Positions 8,270 to 17,700 of a DNA stretch of 64,000 nt are shown here, in pieces. The position numbers and the translations under genes are program-made. Origin of the DNA: Bacteriovoracaceae bacterium. Lineage in GTDB: Bacteria > Bdellovibrionota > Bacteriovoracia > Bacteriovoracales > Bacteriovoracaceae. The DNA is taken from positions 12,964 through 76,963 of the forward strand of contig JAEUWD010000026.1 in the NCBI GenBank assembly GCA_016786485.1, written 5' to 3'. The notes beneath the pieces were generated by a model. The model was given only the letters and a program-made list of their open reading frames with translations. It was not told the DNA's origin and made no database searches. Positions within the stretch are counted from its first letter, which is position 1, and each line of letters starts with the position of its first letter.

Positions 8270-11200
8270 TTATTTTTTTGGAATATATTTTTTAAAATCG
8301 GTGTAATTGTTCGTGAAGAAATGATCACACGCTCTAATCGCTTCACTGACAATATGATCTTTACCAATCGCCATACGAGCATTGTCTGCACCCATCGCTA
8401 ATAATTCAGTATAGGTATAACCATTTAAGAACAGACGCGAGAATGCTCTTCCTTGCCCATGAATCATATTTTCAAAAAATAATGAAACTGGATTTTCGTA
8501 GAACGTATGGAAAAGTAAATTGAACACCATCCGTTTTTCACTTGAAGCTTTCGTAAAATATTCGATAACGAGCGGATGAGTTCTGAGTTCTTCTGGGAAT
8601 TCAGCAATAGTTTGCCCCATCGCCATATCAATCCCTTGATCAAGCTGAGTACTTAAACCGTAATAACCAGGCATATAGGCCAAAATATATCCGTTAATAT
8701 ATGAGTCGAGATCAAAACGACCAAGGACGACTTGATTGTTAACTGTTACATCCACAAGACCTGCTCTCAAATTGGCCGTGATCATTTTCCACATCGACTT
8801 TTGGTTCAACCAAAATCCGTTTTCTGGATTATTAAAAGTTTGTTTTAAATACCAATTCACCATGCCTTTACGCGCTTCTTTAACTTCTGGGACATGCTGA
8901 AAACTCTCTCCACCATAGAAAGCATCGAGTTGTAATTTAAACCAAGGTTTCGACATCGCTGATGTCATAAAATCATACATGAAGTAACCAATAATCATAC
9001 GTGAGAAGTAACCAATTGAATCAGGGCCAAACATTTCATCCTGAATCGGCATTAAAATACCTTCGGTAATTCCAGCGGTCATTAGTAGGGATAAAATAAA
9101 CTGAATGGGTTTATCTACCACAAAGTGAGTCAGAGTATAGCGAGCTGCTCGTACCATCGCGGCAGGATCATTACGCTCTTCCATATAAACTTTCATACGA
9201 TTAATACTGGCACTCTTTTTCGGATTAAATTTAGCGTAGTCATCAAAGTGTTTATTAAACTTCCACGCCTTTAATGTTTTCCCCTCTTGCACAAATTTAA
9301 CTGCTTTATCAAAAGCATTTGTCTGTGGTATCGCCTGGTTCACATAGCTTTTAGCTTGTTCTGGCGAAAGATTTAATTGTTCAAGATGACCTATTAAATC
9401 CATCTTATAAACAGGTAAATTATCGGCCGAGAAATTAGTAAAACTCTCATTGTCATATTCGAGGAGATCCCGCAAATAAAGCTCCATCGCTCCGTCGTAG
9501 ATATGCTGAAAATAGCTTCGAATAAATGTTTTATATTCCCAGTTTAACTGCACAATACTGTCATCATGTAACGCTTGAGGACCACCGTTTGAGATGAGCA
9601 TTTCGATAATTTTTGCATCTTGAGTATACTTAGGTAGATCAAACATCACTTTTTTGAAAGCATGTTTATAAATTTCTTGTTCGATAGGTAGTACTTTTTT
9701 CTCAAATGCTTTTAAGTTTTCCAAAGCTGAAGATGAAAACAAAGACATGCCGACTTCTTCCAGACGTGAACGATACGCTCCATTTAGCTGAGAAGGAGGA
9801 TGAAGTGTATTTTTGCTTTTTGATGCCTTGGTCGTCTCATCAATCGCCAGTACGGTATTAAGATACTGAGGATAAGCGATAAAATTATATAATGAACTCG
9901 GTGAAAAAATAAAATTTCGAAGACCAAAATAACGATTCCACCAATTGGCGAGCTCAGCAATGGTTTTGGTTAACATCGGAGTACTGGTTAAAAAATGAAA
10001 TAAAGCGCCAGATACACTCTCAATTTTAAGACCTTTCTTAGACTTATTAAAAATCTTCCAGCTACTAACATTGGCCTTTAATTTTCGTATACCTTTGGTA
10101 AATGAACTTTCGTTCATTTGTGAAATATTCTCGATAGAGTCTTTTAAATGAATTAAACTATCTTCAATTCGACGATAATTTTGCAGTTCATCTGTTTCAG
10201 CCGCGATCCAACTCGCAATACTGATATCCTTTTTAGCATCCATTAATAGTTTTTCAAAATGATCATGAACATAACGAGCACGTTCTAACTTTTCACTGGT
10301 AGGTTCACATTGCAGATCATCACACACATTATCTAGAACTCGACTAAAAATATCTGATGTCCCTTCTTGCTCTAAGCTATCGAGTTCAAGCATAAGTTCG
10401 CTCGAAAGCCCCCCAATACCATCACCAAAATTAAAAAAGAAGCTACGCTGAACATTGTTGGTGAAGCGCTTGAGTTTTGCCACTAATCCATTATTTAATT
10501 TTTCTTTTTTTATTTGCTCAAAAATTTTTTCAACTTTTTGAGTTTCTTCCTCTGTAAAAACGCGCTTACTGTTGGCATTGCTATCGACACTCGAAGAAGC
10601 ATAGGCCAGGTATTCCATGCGCTTTTGGGTCTGTCTCTCAGGCAAGAAAGCTAAAAAGCTTCCCACGTTTTGATTTACTTTTTCAATGGAATTGATTAAT
10701 CCACCAAGAAAGCTACCGTAACGATTCAACGTCTCGAAATCGCTAATTGAATTGCTAAGTGCATAGTGTTTCTTTTCTGCTTTAAAATCTTGGGCCAGAG
10801 ATTTGATGTTAATCGCTAAATGCGTCGTCACCAATGGTAGTGCTAAAATAATCGACGTCGTCGTTAAACCTATCGCCGTTTTAGTGATCTTATCCGGTGC
10901 TAGAAAAGCACGATAGATGACACCCCAATCAGTCAGAAATCCAAAACTCTGCTTCAATGCTGTTTTTGCAATTCCACCAAACTCAACTGTTTTATCGACA
11001 ATACTTGCTCCAATAGAGAGGCCTTGTTGATAAAAACTCAAATATACTTCGGGCGCGGTCACGGCCAAGGCCGCTGCGCCGGCAATAACGGCACCCTTCG
11101 AAGCATAATGGGCCAAATTTAGCCAAGCTTCTTTGCGACCACCTATTTGCTCGTAAAAAGCTGTACGTGATTTTTTATTAGCTGCGACCGCTGTAAATGC

Positions 11201-12292
11201 CAGTGCCTGTTGTAAGTGAGGTGCACCATCCGGACGTGGAAAAGATAATTTTGACCACAATAGGCCAATACGATTTAGTAGTGACCGCTTGGCCATTAAT
11301 GACTTTTGAACGGTTAAGGTTTTATCCGTAAACAGTTTATGTTCGGACATCACTTTTTTTAAAAAAAGTTCAGAGGATGCATGCATTTCTTTTTGCTGCT
11401 CACTCACACTTAAAATTTTCTGCTGAAATTGACGAGCATCTTGCACATATTGTTTCGATTCATTCGAGATTTGTAACAGTGAACGCTCTAAAGCTGGTTT
11501 ATCAGTCAACTGTGGACCGACTTCCGCTTCATAGTTTTGCATCTGTAATTCAAACAATTGTAGTAAATCATCCATCGACTCACCTAATGAATCGTAAATC
11601 AACGGATCTATCAAATTGACTGAAACATTAAATAGCATCGATTGAACTTCAGAAATCTTTTGGAATGCCTCGGCTGGAATAAGGGTATCGCCTAAGCCAA
11701 TTTTCCCATCAACAATCGCTAAACCATACATCGGGCCTGAGCTTTGAATCGGCAAAGAAAAAACCGGCAGGGCCGATTTCCCAAGACTCAGAGAAAATAA
11801 ATTGAGGTCAACAAAATGCAAATTTTGCGTTTGCGTCTTGTCATCAAAACTATCTTTTTTCAAAATGACTAAATAGTTTTCATAAAAAGTCGCACTCTCA
11901 ATAGGGAAATCAAATCTAAGAATGTCTGAATCCTGAAAGCGTAATTTTAATTTACCTTCAGCTTGAGTTGCGGGTTGAGAGATTTTATCGCTTTCAGCAT
12001 TTACGAAATCTCGAGCAAATGCCTTATCTCCACCCTGCGCTCTGAATGAGAGTTCTAACTTATCGGCTTCAATCAAATGAGGTTTTTTGAAAGGGTAAAC
12101 TGTCTGGTGAACTAAATGAAATTTATCTAAAGGATGGGCCGAATTTGGGTTGGAAAAATAGCTATCGAGAGTACTTACGCTACCAGGATCGTCTGGTATT
12201 TTATTCTGAGAATATGCCTCAGGTGTAAGTAAAATGATCGAATTAAACGCAAGGCAAAAACTGACCAAAAAACTCAACAGCCGAATTTTCAT
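8270..12292 (-). CDS. Giant hypothetical polytopic membrane protein (1340 aa)
   Basis: Uninterrupted 4-kb ORF. Signal peptide 'MKIRLLSFLVSFCLAFNSIILL..AYSQ'. Hydrophobic TM-like segments mid-protein ('AVIAGAAALAVTAPEVYLSFY', 'TAIGLTTTSIILALPLVTTHLAI') and near the C-terminus ('PIQFILSLLMTAGITEGILMPI', 'MIIGYFMYDFMTSAM'). No recognisable domain. Confidence 0.8.
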   Translation of the reverse strand: MKIRLLSFLVSFCLAFNSIILLTPEAYSQNKIPDDPGSVSTLDSYFSNPNSAHPLDKFHLVHQTVYPFKKPHLIEADKLELSFRAQGGDKAFARDFVNAESDKISQPATQAEGKLKLRFQDSDILRFDFPIESATFYENYLVILKKDSFDDKTQTQNLHFVDLNLFSLSLGKSALPVFSLPIQSSGPMYGLAIVDGKIGLGDTLIPAEAFQKISEVQSMLFNVSVNLIDPLIYDSLGESMDDLLQLFELQMQNYEAEVGPQLTDKPALERSLLQISNESKQYVQDARQFQQKILSVSEQQKEMHASSELFLKKVMSEHKLFTDKTLTVQKSLMAKRSLLNRIGLLWSKLSFPRPDGAPHLQQALAFTAVAANKKSRTAFYEQIGGRKEAWLNLAHYASKGAVIAGAAALAVTAPEVYLSFYQQGLSIGASIVDKTVEFGGIAKTALKQSFGFLTDWGVIYRAFLAPDKITKTAIGLTTTSIILALPLVTTHLAINIKSLAQDFKAEKKHYALSNSISDFETLNRYGSFLGGLINSIEKVNQNVGSFLAFLPERQTQKRMEYLAYASSSVDSNANSKRVFTEEETQKVEKIFEQIKKEKLNNGLVAKLKRFTNNVQRSFFFNFGDGIGGLSSELMLELDSLEQEGTSDIFSRVLDNVCDDLQCEPTSEKLERARYVHDHFEKLLMDAKKDISIASWIAAETDELQNYRRIEDSLIHLKDSIENISQMNESSFTKGIRKLKANVSSWKIFNKSKKGLKIESVSGALFHFLTSTPMLTKTIAELANWWNRYFGLRNFIFSPSSLYNFIAYPQYLNTVLAIDETTKASKSKNTLHPPSQLNGAYRSRLEEVGMSLFSSSALENLKAFEKKVLPIEQEIYKHAFKKVMFDLPKYTQDAKIIEMLISNGGPQALHDDSIVQLNWEYKTFIRSYFQHIYDGAMELYLRDLLEYDNESFTNFSADNLPVYKMDLIGHLEQLNLSPEQAKSYVNQAIPQTNAFDKAVKFVQEGKTLKAWKFNKHFDDYAKFNPKKSASINRMKVYMEERNDPAAMVRAARYTLTHFVVDKPIQFILSLLMTAGITEGILMPIQDEMFGPDSIGYFSRMIIGYFMYDFMTSAMSKPWFKLQLDAFYGGESFQHVPEVKEARKGMVNWYLKQTFNNPENGFWLNQKSMWKMITANLRAGLVDVTVNNQVVLGRFDLDSYINGYILAYMPGYYGLSTQLDQGIDMAMGQTIAEFPEELRTHPLVIEYFTKASSEKRMVFNLLFHTFYENPVSLFFENMIHGQGRAFSRLFLNGYTYTELLAMGADNARMAIGKDHIVSEAIRACDHFFTNNYTDFKKYIPKK

Positions 12293-12456
12293 TTCTCTCC
12301 GTTATATCAATAACTTATCTAGTTATCTTAAGAAAAAATTAAGATGATTTTTTTAGCTCCTAACAGCATCAAAGTAAATCAACATAAAAGTGGTGAGTAT
12401 TTTTTACGTAGCTTATTTTTTTTCAAGAAATGACGAAATGTTACTGAGAGGGAAAG

Positions 12457-14595
12457 ATGAGAAAAATTCTAAGCCTATTTTCAAAAATCACCTTGGTCTT
12501 TTTGTACCAAATTTTGGCCTTTGCCGACATCAATGTCTGTGACGAATACGCAGAAGATATTAAAAAAATTGAAAAAGAAATTTTCAGTAAGAAAGGCACT
12601 GACTACTACGTGGATAATAAGTGCCAAAGCCTCATCAAAAATGATTTATTCTGCCAGCAATCTTACGGTGATTTAAAAAACAAGTATAACGAGCTGCTCT
12701 CGAACCTTTTCATCCTTACCACCCTCAAAGAACTTAAAGCTGACATTAGCAAAAGCTTGGACGAGGTTTATTATTTCCAAAACCAAGACATTAAAAAATT
12801 CGAAAACAATCTTAAAACCTTTAAACAAGCTTCCTTTACAGGAAGTGTTCTCCAGGAAAGTTTTAAAAGCCGCATTGGCAAAAATGCAACGAGCCCGTGG
12901 GTGGAATATCTCGAATCATCAAGTGAGAAAAGCCCGGAAGGCCTCAAAGTTTGGGTGCATAAAACATGTGAAAAGCATGCTCAAGATTCTTTCTGTCAGA
13001 GTGTCAAAGCCGCTGCTGATGCCAAAGTCGATGAGAAAATCCTCTACTCTCACGTACTAGGTTTTGTGAGCGTTAACTACCATGTGCCTCAAGATGAGAA
13101 AAAACAAGAGGCCCTGGCCAAAGCGGATGCTAAAGAAAAATTAGATGAATACTATAAATACATGAACTTCAAAAATGGTGAAGAATCTGTTTCTATGAGT
13201 AAGTTACTTGAACTCAGTGGGGCCAACAAACTGGATGAGATTCTGGTGAAAATGAAAGCTGACCCGAGCAAAAAGAAAGCCTATGAAGAAGAAATTATTA
13301 AATTGGCCAAAGATGCGGCCCCCTTTTTAGAATCAGCAAAACTGGAAATTAATAGTAGTAATCTTTCTGAGGCCCTGAATAAACAAGCGGCCAACCATCT
13401 CAATGCGGTTCGAGAAAATAATGAGAAGGCGATGCTCCAACTCTTCAGCCGAGAAGACCAAAAGAAAATTAAAGATATTGAAATTGATCAGGTGGTCTTA
13501 AAAGAAGAATTAATTAAAACCATCCAAGATAAATTTGAAAAACATCAAAAACTTAAGGCCAATGCCTATTTAGAAGATACTTATGGTGAACAAGGCCATA
13601 AAAATGATTATGAAGCTTATGAATCAGTCAAAAAGAAGATTCTCGAAAAAAATTGTAATGATGAATTACGAGCAATCGATATCAAAGATAAAGGTAAGGA
13701 AGAGGCTCAATTTGCAACGCTGTCGCAAATCGGAACCTGTTACTTCGGTGCCAGCTTTACGGTAACAAATGATGCCGACTTACAAACACAAATTGAAGTG
13801 GTTCAAAAACAACTGGCCGATCACAAAATCGCTTTAAATCTTTATGATAACAATACGCTGTTTGCAAAAAAACAATTAGAAAAGAAAAATATTATTAGAG
13901 ACTATTTTACTGAATGTAATCGTGACATCGAGACACAACCAGAAAGTTTAGATCTTATTATGTGTAAACATGATAATGAAAATCTCATGGTAGGTGGAAA
14001 AAACGTCGCTTCTTTTATTGATCGAAATAAAAAAATTATCGCACATTCTAATCTTGATCTTCTCGCCGAAGTGAAAGGAAGCTGGGATATTGAAACGGAA
14101 CAAGAGCGAAAATTGGCGGAAGAAGCTAAACCTAAAACGAAAGATGGCCGAGATGAACGAGATGAGAAAGATGACGGTGGCAAAAGAAAAGTCGAAAGAG
14201 TTATGATCGATGAAGAAATAGAAAGATTGGTTGGAGAGAAAAAATCCGGCCCAGGCACTCTCGACTATATAACAGCGGGCTCACTTGCCGCTGCTGCCAA
14301 TATGGTTCCATCCGTTATGCAATATCAAAGCACCCAGAGAATGATGGGATATCAAATGAATAATGCTGCTGCCTATCGCAATTCCCTTCTCAATCGACAA
14401 ATGTATGGCAGCCCCTATTATGCAAATTTTGGTATGGGATATCGTAACGATTGGGGTACGCCAAATATGATGGGTTCTTACTTCCGTTCAAACTATATTC
14501 CGTATATGACTTATGACTATGGTTATCGTTCGATGTTAGGTGGAATTACTGGAAATACGTCGACTTCTTCTAGCGGCTGGAATTTTACAAACTAA
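12457..14595 (+). CDS. Secreted K/E-rich coiled-coil-like hypothetical protein with Tyr/Met/Gly/Asn-rich C-terminal tail (712 aa)
   Basis: Signal peptide 'MRKILSLFSKITLVFLYQILAFA', SD GAGGGAAAG before the ATG, and a long charged helical-looking body. The last ~115 aa are low complexity ('MMGYQMNNAAAYRN...YGSPYYANFGMGYRNDWG...YDYGYRSMLGG'). Confidence 0.8.
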   Translation: MRKILSLFSKITLVFLYQILAFADINVCDEYAEDIKKIEKEIFSKKGTDYYVDNKCQSLIKNDLFCQQSYGDLKNKYNELLSNLFILTTLKELKADISKSLDEVYYFQNQDIKKFENNLKTFKQASFTGSVLQESFKSRIGKNATSPWVEYLESSSEKSPEGLKVWVHKTCEKHAQDSFCQSVKAAADAKVDEKILYSHVLGFVSVNYHVPQDEKKQEALAKADAKEKLDEYYKYMNFKNGEESVSMSKLLELSGANKLDEILVKMKADPSKKKAYEEEIIKLAKDAAPFLESAKLEINSSNLSEALNKQAANHLNAVRENNEKAMLQLFSREDQKKIKDIEIDQVVLKEELIKTIQDKFEKHQKLKANAYLEDTYGEQGHKNDYEAYESVKKKILEKNCNDELRAIDIKDKGKEEAQFATLSQIGTCYFGASFTVTNDADLQTQIEVVQKQLADHKIALNLYDNNTLFAKKQLEKKNIIRDYFTECNRDIETQPESLDLIMCKHDNENLMVGGKNVASFIDRNKKIIAHSNLDLLAEVKGSWDIETEQERKLAEEAKPKTKDGRDERDEKDDGGKRKVERVMIDEEIERLVGEKKSGPGTLDYITAGSLAAAANMVPSVMQYQSTQRMMGYQMNNAAAYRNSLLNRQMYGSPYYANFGMGYRNDWGTPNMMGSYFRSNYIPYMTYDYGYRSMLGGITGNTSTSSSGWNFTN

Positions 14596-14744
14596 AGTGA
14601 CAATTTATTTTGTCTCCTCTATAAGACAGATCTCTTTTTTGCACCTGATTTCAAGCCCTTACAAACCACATCAAAATCGTCAGCTATAATGAAATATTAA
14701 GAAGATATCTTTTAAATCCGAATAGTTAGAGTGGGAGTACGTTA

Positions 14745-17700
14745 TTGAAATTTTTTAAACTGTCCCAATTTTTTATTATCGCTCTACTCGCCTCTTGTTT
14801 AGGTGAGATGGCACCACGCGATCTGAGCTCAACCGATTCAAGCGAACAAGAAAATGATAATGAAACAGAAACTGCGCTTCCGACGCAAGCCAATTGGTAC
14901 GTAGGTGGTTTTGCGACAACACTTACGATTGATTCAAACAAAAATGATATTCTCTATTTGCGTGGACAGACGGTTGATACTTTTTTAAATAACGGAACGG
15001 CCTTCACAGATAAATATTGTTTGGTTTTAAATTTTCGCGATCTTATTGTGAACGGAAGTAATGTAAATTTGCAATTACGTTCTCGTGCAGTACCTATTCA
15101 AATTCAAAACTTTGCGCTAGGTAGCGCTGAAAAATTATTAAGAATAGATTTAAATGATTCCGTTGTTGGCAGCAGTCAATGTCAAGGTACGATCAACCTG
15201 ACTTCTCCAACTGCAGCGACTCCTACATCATTTACTGGCGCCACGGCCAAATATTTAGTTACGCAATTATGTAGTAACTGCTTAGGACAAATCGCCTCAG
15301 ATGAAATTTATCTCTATCAATCAAGCGGAACTAATCTTACAAATCGCATTGAGCATACTTCGATTAATAATATCTTTTTGAATTTATCAAATGTTGTTTT
15401 AAAAATTGATTATAATAATAACGCTACCAACTCGACCGCTAATTGTTCACTCAGTTCCTGTCAAGCCTTGGGTTATGATTGTTGTCTCGAAGGTCAATGT
15501 GTGAACAATGGCTCACAAAAATCTGGAATTAACACCAGCTCTAGTGCTTTTGTTTCTGCTCTACAAGAAGTTCTTGCAAATCCTTCGGCCTATACCAATT
15601 ATCCAGAATATTTTTACATTTGTTCAAATGGTTCTAACCCTAGCACCACCACGACAGGTGGAGGTGATCCGGTTGGTGATGCCCAAGCACGTTTAGAACA
15701 ACTTATTTTAGACCGTGAATGTATTCAAGAGCTACGCACATATTCTCTAACCGACCCTTATACATTATCTTACTTGGTTTCTGGTTCTTATCCTTCTGGT
15801 AGTTATAGTTCATGCAATAACACCGACTCGCAAAATATTATGTACATTCAAACTGTCCTTGAACGTTTGTACACGAACTGTGGCTGCCACCAAAATAGTT
15901 TTGCAGATAAGATCAATTTCTGCCCAGCATACACTTACAAAGTGGTATCAACAGATTCTACTGGGACACCGACGGAAATTCAGTGTGAAACACCGATCGT
16001 CGCAGGCACAACTGGGCCTTTTCAAGATCTCAATATAAATCTTTCATCAAGAAGTGTGCCTCACCGCTTTTATCGTTCAGATACTGGATTAGCAGTTGAT
16101 GATATTACCTCGCTTTTTGGTTTAACTACCGTCATGCAAGAAGGTGAAGAGTTTTTCTATTTAGATGGAGATAATCGTTCCATCCCTGTTAATACAAGCC
16201 ACAGTATGAACGCCATTTTAGGACAAATGAGTTTAAATCTTGATAAGGCGATGCCAGCAAAAGTCGTTAACGTAGATTTAAATCAAGCTTACTTAATTGA
16301 AACACGTTCTGGTTTTTACCAACCCTGTACCAATTGTCCGAAAGATTCTTGGCTAAGTAGCTTTACTGCTTTCCCATCAAGTTTCTTTGGAACTGGTTTA
16401 CGTGCTGTTGGTTATACGACGAGTCCTGATAGTTATTCAGGTAATAGCTCTGCCGGAAACTTTGAAGATACCCACTTCGGGCGTGCTTGTTATGTTCCCC
16501 CTACTATGTTGCCTTTTGCTCACCGAAATAGTGGGACCGCTCAGGTACAACGCTTGGCCCGCTTAAAAGCTCAAGCTGCTATGTATGTTAACGGTTATCA
16601 AAAAGATTGGTTTGGATTTAATCGTGGTGCTGTTATTGGATCATTTGACGGTGTTACGTGGTTTGCCGTTGGCAAAGGACGTATCGTAACTTCTACTTCG
16701 AAAAAACTTTACCTAGCCATTAATGGTCCGATGGGCGATATCGCACAAAACACGGCGCACGTGATTGGTGTTTCAGAATATCGACCTCCTGCGACTGCCG
16801 CTAGTGTAGATTATGACCCAAGTTTATCTGACACTCATGCTTATCAAAATGAAGCGGCTTCATGCCAGAAATTTCATATGTGTTCAAACGATAGCGAATG
16901 TATTACTCAACTTGGTTGGGAATATGTTTGTGCCGATGTGACTGCAGCTTCAACTAATGTTCCTGCATTCACTTCAGATGCGGTTGAAGATCCAACTGTT
17001 ACAAAAGTCAAAACCTTAAATAAAATATTACAACAAGGTAACTTACCAACCTCAGCAAGAAAACGCTGTGTGTATCGAGGGGCCGGCTCACTTTGTCGCC
17101 GTAACTATGCTTCAAATACTAATGCTGAAGTTCGAAAAATGTTTGCTTGTGCGCCAAATTTTCACTGTGCAAATCCAAACGATGCCCTTTTTAATAAAGA
17201 AATTTCTCGTTCAATTACTTCACTTCAAAATAACCCGATTTCAGATGGAAATATTTTCGGAATGGACACTGATGTTCCAGGAAGACCACGTCACTATATT
17301 ACAGGTAGCGGACTCGCCTCTCTTCCTAGTGATATCCAAACTAATCTTTCAGCTAACGCTGCTCTTAACTGGACCACAAGTAATGACTGGGGACTTTGTC
17401 GACCAGGTCGATATTTAACCAACACCAATTCGACACTACAGTTTCAATTTTCTGAAGTAACTCCACTTTATACTCACAAAACTCCTGATGTCTCGAATCG
17501 AACAGATTATATTTCTCAGAAAGGTTCATGTAACTCAAATCTCTATACCGGTTGGGAAGACACTAGTTTTCCACAATACAGTGTGCCTCTACACACCATG
17601 AGCTGCCCGACTTTTGATACTGACAAAAACTATTGGTATTTGAAAGACGCCAACGTAACTGCTCTTCAAAGCAGTGTCGGCGATACAAAATTAACGGCTT

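Noticed and set aside
13902-14258. Antisense or alternative-frame ORFs in the track. This includes 13902-14258(-) as well as 1808-2221(+), 17068-17418(+), 19908-20267(-), 23058-23456(+), 37667-38089(-), 43362-43715(-) and 25136-25351(+).
   Set aside because: All lie inside, or largely overlap, longer ORFs that have strong homology motifs or export signals. Their translations are low complexity (S/L/F/I-rich) with no motifs or RBS. They are typical shadow ORFs of an AT-rich genome.
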